A DNA stretch of 64,000 nt from Pseudomonadota bacterium. Its GTDB lineage: Bacteria; Pseudomonadota; Alphaproteobacteria; Sphingomonadales; Sphingomonadaceae. The notes beneath the pieces were generated by a model. That model made no database searches and had not been told where the DNA came from. It was given only the letters and a program-made list of their open reading frames with translations. Every line of letters begins with the position of its first letter. Position 1 is the first letter of the stretch. The DNA lies in NCBI GenBank assembly GCA_039180285.1, contig JBCDDN010000001.1, forward strand, positions 19,922 to 83,921, in the 5' to 3' direction. Made by a program: the position numbers and the translations under genes. Below are positions 57,879 through 64,000 of this stretch, in pieces.

Positions 57879-58205
57879 CTATCCGCGCATCTCGTCATAG
57901 CGGATAAACTCATAGGCGATCGAGTTTTCCACCAGCATTTCCCAGAGTGCGGCGGCGAGCGGTACGGGTACGCCGAGCTCCGCCGCATGGGCCTTCACAT
58001 TGGCGATCACATCGGCCTTGCGCTCTTCGTCGCGTACGGTTTCGCGGCCCGGTTTGATCCGCGCCGCGGCGTCCATATAGCCGAACCGGCGCGCGATCAG
58101 CGCGACGAGCGCGCGATCGATGGCATCGACGCCGTCGCGCACCTCTGCCATAGTGTGTGTGTCGTTTGGGTCGACGGTTTCTTCGACGGTTTTGATCTCG
58201 GTCAT
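57879..58205 (-). CDS. chorismate mutase (AroQ-type) family protein
   Basis: Trimmed to ATG 58205 (MTEIKTVEE...). VRDGVDAIDRALVALIARR...VRDEERKADV pattern of the all-helical chorismate mutase / isochorismate-pyruvate lyase family. Confidence 0.7.
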   Translation of the reverse strand: MTEIKTVEETVDPNDTHTMAEVRDGVDAIDRALVALIARRFGYMDAAARIKPGRETVRDEERKADVIANVKAHAAELGVPVPLAAALWEMLVENSIAYEFIRYDEMRG

Positions 58206-58271
58206 GTCGAGCGTCTCTAAACGGCTTACCTTGAAAGTCGAGAGCGATGGCAGCGATATAAGGACCCGATA

Positions 58272-59996
58272 GTGCATCCCGAAATCCCGTATCTCCGGGA
58301 GATCATTATCTTCCTGGTCGCGGCCGGACTGGTCGTTCCGCTCGTGCGTCGCGCCGGCGTCAGCCCGGTGCTCGGCTTCCTGTTCGTCGGTCTCGTCATC
58401 GGGCCCTATGGCGCCGGACAGCTGGCCGGCGATACGCCGATCCTCGAATATATGGTCATCGCGGATATCGAGGGCGTGAGCCGGGTCGCCGAGCTCGGCG
58501 TCATATTCCTGCTGTTCACGATCGGGCTCGAGCTTTCGGTCGCGCAGCTATGGGGCATGCGGCGGCTCGTCTTCGGGCTCGGCGCGGCGCAGGTCACGGT
58601 CAGCGCGATCGCGATCGGCGTTATCGCCTATCTGTTCGGCAATTCCCTGGTCGCCGCCACGATCTTCGGCCTGTGCCTCGCCTTGTCCTCGACCGCGCTC
58701 GTCATGCAATTGCTGACCGAGACGCGGCGGCTCAGCGCGCCGGCCGGGCGATCGAGCTTCGGGATATTGCTGTTGCAGGACCTGGCCGTGGTGCCGATCC
58801 TGTTTTTCGTCGGCGTCGCGGGCGCATCGGTCGAAGGATCGCTGGCGCTCGCGGCCGTCTGGGCGATCGGCGAGGCCCTTGTCGTGATCGCCGCGATTTT
58901 CCTGATCGGCCGGCTGATCGTGCGGCCATTTTTGCAGTTCGTCGGCGGCACCGGCAGCCGCGAGGTGTTCATGGCGGCGGTGGTGTTGCTCGTGCTGGCG
59001 ACGGCGGCGCTCACCGCCGAGGCCGGGCTCTCCATGGCGCTCGGCGCCTTCCTCGCCGGACTGCTGTTCGCGGGCACCGAATATCGCCACCAGATCGCCA
59101 GCGATATCGAGCCGTTCAAAGGGCTGCTGCTCGGCCTGTTCTTCATCTCGGTCGGCATGAGCCTCGATGTTCTCGCGGTCTGGGACAATATCGGCTGGGT
59201 GCTCCTGTCGGTCGTCGGGCTGCTGGTTCTGAAGGGCGCGATCATCTACACGCTCGCGCGAATCTGGCGGCTGCCGCGCGACGTCGCCGCGGAGACGGCC
59301 GTGCTGATGAGCCAGGGCGGCGAGTTCGCGTTCGTCGTGATCGCCGCGGCGATGTCCTACGCGCTGCTCGATCCGGAAATCGCGCAGTTCATGCTGATGG
59401 TCGTTATCGTGACCATGTTCCTCACGCCCCTGCTCGCCATCGCGGCGCGCCGCCTCGGCCGCACGCTGCGCGAACGCGATGCCAGCCTGGCGAAGGACGA
59501 CGGACCGATGGAAGACGGGCACCCCGTGATCATCGGCGGTTTCGGCCGGGTCGGAAAGATGCTGGCCCAGCTGCTCGACGAACAGCGCATCGCCTATGTC
59601 GCGATCGACAATGATCCGGAACTGGTCGCCCAGGAGAGGGCGGCGGGCGCGAGCGTTTTCTTCGGAGATGCGAGCCAGCCGGACCTTCTCGAACATCTGG
59701 GTATCGAGCGCGCCTCGGCCTTCGCGACGACCATGGACCAGCCCGGCTCGGCCGAACATGTCATCAAGGCGGTGCATGAAGCATGGCCGCATGTGCCGAT
59801 CATGGCGCGAGCCCGGGATGCAGCGCACGCCCATCATCTGCAGACCCATGGCGCGCAGAGCGCGGTGCCGGAAACCGTCGAGGCCAGTCTCGAACTGTGC
59901 GAACAGGTGCTAACGGGCATCGGTTTTCCCGACGATGCCGCGCGCACCATCGTCGACGAGCGGCGCGGCCTGCTGATCATCGGAAAGAGCATATGA
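58272..59996 (+). CDS. CPA2 monovalent cation:proton antiporter with a C-terminal TrkA-N domain (KefB/KefC-like)
   Basis: 574 aa with a GTG start and about 12 TM helices. The soluble domain carries the Rossmann loop IIGGFGRVGKMLA. Confidence 0.9.
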   Translation: MHPEIPYLREIIIFLVAAGLVVPLVRRAGVSPVLGFLFVGLVIGPYGAGQLAGDTPILEYMVIADIEGVSRVAELGVIFLLFTIGLELSVAQLWGMRRLVFGLGAAQVTVSAIAIGVIAYLFGNSLVAATIFGLCLALSSTALVMQLLTETRRLSAPAGRSSFGILLLQDLAVVPILFFVGVAGASVEGSLALAAVWAIGEALVVIAAIFLIGRLIVRPFLQFVGGTGSREVFMAAVVLLVLATAALTAEAGLSMALGAFLAGLLFAGTEYRHQIASDIEPFKGLLLGLFFISVGMSLDVLAVWDNIGWVLLSVVGLLVLKGAIIYTLARIWRLPRDVAAETAVLMSQGGEFAFVVIAAAMSYALLDPEIAQFMLMVVIVTMFLTPLLAIAARRLGRTLRERDASLAKDDGPMEDGHPVIIGGFGRVGKMLAQLLDEQRIAYVAIDNDPELVAQERAAGASVFFGDASQPDLLEHLGIERASAFATTMDQPGSAEHVIKAVHEAWPHVPIMARARDAAHAHHLQTHGAQSAVPETVEASLELCEQVLTGIGFPDDAARTIVDERRGLLIIGKSI

Positions 59997-60817
59997 AGGA
60001 GAGAAGCGTGACGGGACCCAAGCGGATTCTATTGCCCGTTCAGACCGATGATGGCCTGGAATCGCGACTGAATGTCGCCATCGCATTGGCGGGGCGGTTC
60101 GGCGGATCGGTGCAATGCCTGCATGCGCGAACGCCGCCGGGCGCCGGGCGGGCGATCAGCGCGAGCGGCATGGCGCGGCTCGACGCGGAGGAGGAGCGCG
60201 CGGGCCAGCGCCTGCGCCATCAGGTCGGATCCCGGCTGACCGACGCCGAAATCGAATGGACCTGGCATGACCGCCCCGGCAATGTGGTGGCCGCGCTGAT
60301 CGACGAAGCGCCGCTCGCCGACCTGATAGTCGTCAGCCCGATGACGGAGCATGGCGGCCCCGCCTCGGCCGAGCCGATTGCCGAACCGCTGCTCTTGCGC
60401 AGCCCCACGCCGTTGCTGATCGTGCCGACGGACATCGGGACCTTCGATGCCGCCGGGACGGCGATGGTCGCGTGGAACGGAAGCGCGCATGCGGCTCTCG
60501 CCATGCGGCAGGCATTGCCGCTGCTGCGGGCGGCCGCGGCCGTCCATATCGTCACGGCGGCGAACGACATCCGGCACTTTCCGCCCGATCAGGCGGCCGA
60601 CTATCTGAAGGATCACGGCATCGAAAGCGACGTGCTTATCACCGGCGACAGCGGCGCGGATGCAGCCGATGCCTTGGGCCGGGAAGCGGAACGCCGGAGC
60701 GCCGACTATATCGTCATGGGCGGCTATAGCCGATCGCGCCTGAACGAGCTGATATTCGGCGGTGTGACGCGTCACATGCTGCGCCATCCGCCCGTGCCGA
60801 TCTTCATCCGTCATTGA
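59993..60817 (+). CDS. tandem universal stress protein (UspA family)
   Basis: ATG 59993 overlaps the kefB-like stop (ATGA). Two Usp-like halves, the second ending YIVMGGYSRSRLNELIFGGVTRHML. Confidence 0.8.
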   Translation: MKERSVTGPKRILLPVQTDDGLESRLNVAIALAGRFGGSVQCLHARTPPGAGRAISASGMARLDAEEERAGQRLRHQVGSRLTDAEIEWTWHDRPGNVVAALIDEAPLADLIVVSPMTEHGGPASAEPIAEPLLLRSPTPLLIVPTDIGTFDAAGTAMVAWNGSAHAALAMRQALPLLRAAAAVHIVTAANDIRHFPPDQAADYLKDHGIESDVLITGDSGADAADALGREAERRSADYIVMGGYSRSRLNELIFGGVTRHMLRHPPVPIFIRH

Positions 60818-60898
60818 GGCGATCCGCGCGGCCGGCCCCCGATAAGCGGCCGTGAGTCCCCCACTCGACTCCCGCCGCCGGGCGGCCGACAAGAGCCC

Positions 60899-62050
60899 AT
60901 GCATTTTTCCGATTTCGATACCGGCGCGTTTCTTCGCGACCATTGGCAGAAGGAGCCGCTGCTGATCCGCAGCCCGTGGGACACATGGGCTAACCCGCTG
61001 GATCCCGACGAGCTTGCGGGTCTGGCCTGCGAGGCGGAGGTGGAATCGCGGCTCGTCACGCAGCGAAAGGGCGAATGGATCGCCGAACACGGCCCGTTCC
61101 CGGAAACGCGCCTGCGCGAACTCGGCGCCGAACCCTGGACATTGCTCGTCCAGGCCGTGGATCATTACGATCCCGCGGTCGCGGCGTTGATCGAGCCGTT
61201 CCGCTTCATTCCCAACTGGCGCATCGACGATGTGATGGTGAGCTGCGCGGCGGACGGCGGCGGCGTGGGTCCGCATTTCGATCAATATGACGTGTTCCTG
61301 ATCCAGGGTCGCGGCAAACGGCGCTGGCAAACCGGTGCGCGGTGCGATGCGGCCAGCCCGCTCATGCCGCATGACGAGTTGCGTTTGCTCGCCGAGTTCG
61401 AAGCGGTCGAGGATTGGGTGCTGGAGCCCGGCGATATCCTCTACATCCCGCCCGGCGTCGCGCATAATGGCGTGGCCGTCGGCGATAACTGCATGACCTA
61501 TTCGATCGGCTTCCGGGCGCCGTCCCGCGCCGAACTGATCGCGCATTGGGCCGACCATCTGCTCGAAACGCTGCCGGACGAGGATCGCTACGAGGACCCG
61601 GATCTGCGCGCGCAGGACAATCCCGGCGCGATTTCCGACGCTGCGATCGGCCGGCTGCATATGATAGTCGCCGAAACGCTGAACGATCGCGATGGCTTCG
61701 CCCGCTGGTTCGGCGAATATTGCAGCACACCCAAATATCCGGAGATCGACTGGCGGCCCGAGCGCGCGATAACGGTCGCGACGCTGCGAGAATGGGTTGC
61801 CGCGAACACATTGCTGCGCCGCAACCCGGCCAGCCGCTTCTCCTATATCCGGCAGGGCGCGGATTCGGTGACACTCTTCGCCGATGGCCGGTCCTTCGCA
61901 TGCACCGACGGGACGGTCGCATTCGTCGAAACGCTCTGCGCGCAAACCCGCATCGTGCTCGAAGCGGATCTCGTGAATTCGGACGATGTTCTGGCGCTGA
62001 CGGCAGAGCTTTTCAATCAGGGCAGCCTGGTCCGCGAGCCGGAAGACTGA
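60899..62050 (+). CDS. JmjC/cupin ribosomal-protein hydroxylase-like protein (RoxA/YcfD family)
   Basis: 383 aa. GPHFDQYDVFLIQGRGKRRW (HxD) and the later PPGVAHNGV His complete the 2-His-1-carboxylate site. Confidence 0.75.
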   Translation: MHFSDFDTGAFLRDHWQKEPLLIRSPWDTWANPLDPDELAGLACEAEVESRLVTQRKGEWIAEHGPFPETRLRELGAEPWTLLVQAVDHYDPAVAALIEPFRFIPNWRIDDVMVSCAADGGGVGPHFDQYDVFLIQGRGKRRWQTGARCDAASPLMPHDELRLLAEFEAVEDWVLEPGDILYIPPGVAHNGVAVGDNCMTYSIGFRAPSRAELIAHWADHLLETLPDEDRYEDPDLRAQDNPGAISDAAIGRLHMIVAETLNDRDGFARWFGEYCSTPKYPEIDWRPERAITVATLREWVAANTLLRRNPASRFSYIRQGADSVTLFADGRSFACTDGTVAFVETLCAQTRIVLEADLVNSDDVLALTAELFNQGSLVREPED

Positions 62051-62070
62051 ACGCGCAAGGCCGGGGAGAC

Positions 62071-63249
62071 TTACAGCGCCTGCGCCGCCGCCCAGGCGCT
62101 GGCCCAGGCCCATTGGAAATTATAGCCGCCGAGCCAGCCCGTCACGTCGACGGCTTCGCCGATCGCGTAGAGACCGGGCACCGGCTTCGCCTCCATGGTT
62201 TTCGACGACAGCCCGGCGGTGTCGATCCCGCCGATCGTGACCTCGGCCTTGGCGAAACCCTCCGTGCCGTTGGGCCGGAAACGCCAATCGGACAGTTGCG
62301 CCTCGGCATCCTGCAGAACCCGGTCGGGGAGATTGCCGAGATCGCCGTCCAACGCCAGCCGATCGGACAGTGCCGCGGCGAGCCGGTCGGGCAGCGCTTC
62401 CCGCAGCAGGGCCCGCATCGTGGCGCGGGGATTGGCGCGCTTGGCAACGGACAGCCAGCCACCGTCCCGTTCGGGAAGAAAATCGATCCCGACCTCTTCG
62501 CCATGCCGCCAATAGGAGGATATCTGCAGGATCGCCGGACCGGACAGGCCGCGATGGGTGAACAACGCCGCCTCGCGAAACGCCGTCTTGCCGCACCGGG
62601 CGACGACATTCGCGGCGACGCCGGAAAGCTCACGGAACAATATGTCCGTCCCGCCCAGCCTCAGCGGCACCAGCGCCGGCCGCGGCTCGACCACTTTCAG
62701 GCCGAATTGACGCGCTAGATCATAGGCGAAACCGGTGGCGCCCATCTTGGGAATGGACGGCCCGCCGGTCGCGATCACCAGCGCCGGAGCTTCGAAGGCA
62801 GCGCCGTTGCTCGTCACGCGAAACCGGCCGTCGGCATGGTCGACCGCCGTAACATCCTGCCCGCACGGCATGTCGACGCCGCCCCGTGCCCCTTCGTCGA
62901 GCAGCATGTCCACGATCTGCCGCGCCGATCCGTCGCAGAACAGCTGGCCGAGGGTCTTTTCATGCCAGGCGATGCCGTGCGCTTCGACCAGAGCGATGAA
63001 ATCCTGCGCGCCATAGCGGCTGAGCGCGGACTTGGCGAAATGCGGATTGGCCGACAGATAATTGTCGGGCGCGGCGTGAATATTGGTGAAATTGCACCGG
63101 CCGCCGCCCGAAATCAGGATCTTCTTGCCCGGCGCTTTCGCGCGCTCGATCAGCAATACCCGCCGCCCGCGCTGGCCGGCGAGCGCCGCGCAGAAGAGCC
63201 CCGCCGCCCCGGCGCCGAGAATGATCGCGTCGTAGCTCGTACCGGTCAT
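62071..63249 (-). CDS. HI0933/YhiN-family NAD(P)/FAD-dependent flavoprotein
   Basis: Trimmed to ATG 63249 ([21 protein letters not shown]). [11 protein letters not shown] signature. Confidence 0.85.
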   Translation of the reverse strand: MTGTSYDAIILGAGAAGLFCAALAGQRGRRVLLIERAKAPGKKILISGGGRCNFTNIHAAPDNYLSANPHFAKSALSRYGAQDFIALVEAHGIAWHEKTLGQLFCDGSARQIVDMLLDEGARGGVDMPCGQDVTAVDHADGRFRVTSNGAAFEAPALVIATGGPSIPKMGATGFAYDLARQFGLKVVEPRPALVPLRLGGTDILFRELSGVAANVVARCGKTAFREAALFTHRGLSGPAILQISSYWRHGEEVGIDFLPERDGGWLSVAKRANPRATMRALLREALPDRLAAALSDRLALDGDLGNLPDRVLQDAEAQLSDWRFRPNGTEGFAKAEVTIGGIDTAGLSSKTMEAKPVPGLYAIGEAVDVTGWLGGYNFQWAWASAWAAAQAL

Positions 63250-63809
63250 CGGCCGGCCGCCGGGATCACAACGTCCCGCCATTCTCCGGGCGCGATGTCT
63301 CCGACCGTCCATTCGCCGATACTCCATCGGACCAAGCGCAAGGTCGGATACCCCACCGCGGCGGTCATCCGCCGAACCTGGCGGTTCCGTCCTTCGCGGA
63401 TCGTAAGCCTGAGCCAACTGTCGGGCACGGATTTGCGAACCCGGATGGGCGGGTCGCGCGACCAGAGATCGGGCGCCGCGATACGTTCGATCTCCGCCGG
63501 ACGGGTCACACCGTCTTTCAGCTCTACGCCGTTCCTCAGCCGTTCGAGAGTGGCTTCGTCCGGCTCGCCTTCGACCTGGGCCAGATAGGATTTCGGGAGT
63601 TTGAACTTCGGATCGGCGATACGCGCCTGCAGCCTGCCGTCATCGGTCAACAGCAGTAACCCCTCGCTGTCGCGATCCAGCCGCCCGGCCGGATAGACGC
63701 CCGGCACGGCGATAAAATCGGATAATGTCTGGCGTTTCGTCGGCGAACCGCGATCGGTGAATTGCGACAGCACGCCATGGGGCTTGTTGAAGAGGATCGA
63801 TCGGGCCAT
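63246..63809 (-). CDS. rluE: RsuA/RluE-type pseudouridine synthase
   Basis: Trimmed to ATG 63809 ([17 protein letters not shown]). Catalytic motif [14 protein letters not shown]. No S4 domain, which fits RluE. Its stop overlaps the downstream start (ATGA). Confidence 0.8.
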   Translation of the reverse strand: MARSILFNKPHGVLSQFTDRGSPTKRQTLSDFIAVPGVYPAGRLDRDSEGLLLLTDDGRLQARIADPKFKLPKSYLAQVEGEPDEATLERLRNGVELKDGVTRPAEIERIAAPDLWSRDPPIRVRKSVPDSWLRLTIREGRNRQVRRMTAAVGYPTLRLVRWSIGEWTVGDIAPGEWRDVVIPAAGR

Positions 63810-64000
63810 GCGCGTTCCATCGGGTATTTCGACCGCCGCGGCAATCGCCCCAAAATCCCTTGACATCCGCCCCCTCACCCGCCACATGCGCGCCTCACGA
63901 AGGGCTCCCGCCGAAATGCCATTTCGGTGGGATGGTCCAATTGGCCCCGCACCCCGGTGAAGTGGTGGCCGCGTCGTACAAAACGGTATGGCGGTGCGTT

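Noticed and set aside
60029-62113. 694-aa minus-strand ORF spanning both the USP and RoxA-like genes and their intergenic gap
   Set aside because: The opposite-strand genes have recognisable catalytic and fold motifs, while this frame gives only Arg/Ala/Gly/Pro-rich sequence. It is a GC-rich antisense artefact despite its length.
63868-64000. TTGACA promoter-like hexamer followed by a strong hairpin CCCGCCGAAATG-C-CATTTCGGTGGG (about 63918-63942) and GC-rich structured sequence at the window edge; considered as a riboswitch, sRNA or gene start
   Set aside because: I could not match it to any riboswitch, SRP, RNase P or tmRNA consensus from memory, and the element is truncated by the window end. 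It is unresolvable here.

Overview
Visibly GC-rich alphaproteobacterial chromosome segment. Gene content and order look sphingomonad-like. I did not compute GC content and ran no searches: all family calls come from reading the supplied translations for motifs, and from my own translation where the ORF track was silent. Most of the window is conserved housekeeping, including the dnaA neighbourhood. In order: pgk(partial)-gap-tkt; a ZauP-like coiled-coil gene, zapA, a 6S RNA candidate and 5-formyl-THF cyclo-ligase; tRNA-Asp; a four-gene secreted DUF11 locus; tRNA-Leu; comM/yifB; rpmH-rnpA-yidD-yidC-engB; dapE; a Tim44-like/mltA/smr operon facing secB; murJ, trpS; dnaA, rpsT, mutM; ubiE-ubiB-(methyltransferase)-coaBC-dut; moeB-like plus DsrE-like; topA, dprA, plsY, murI; a secreted catalase with an ankyrin partner and hemA (ALA synthase); rpiB-glyA-nrdR-trmJ-like; a TetR-controlled small operon; kefB-like plus USP; a JmjC/RoxA-like hydroxylase; a yhiN-like flavoprotein and an rluE-like gene. 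rpmH (44 codons) and the truncated pgk are real genes missing from the ORF track. Many track ORFs carry false 5' extensions, which I trimmed to starts supported by N-terminal family features or a Shine-Dalgarno sequence. I saw no CRISPR array, transposase, integrase, phage genes or recognisable defence system. The one clearly accessory and potentially novel system is the locus at 6288-14108. It encodes three signal-peptide-bearing DUF11/Ig-like proteins plus a ~1720-aa protein that joins the same modules to a very large C-terminal outer-membrane beta-barrel, and it lies between two tRNA genes. Three of its proteins start, after signal-peptide cleavage, with the strand motif that their own C-terminal DUF11 domains appear to lack. 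I read this as possible donor-strand-type fibre assembly. Other points of interest are a compositionally atypical orphan gene beside dnaA, a structured 400-bp non-coding region, a nested-palindrome repeat element, and several tightly coupled gene pairs.
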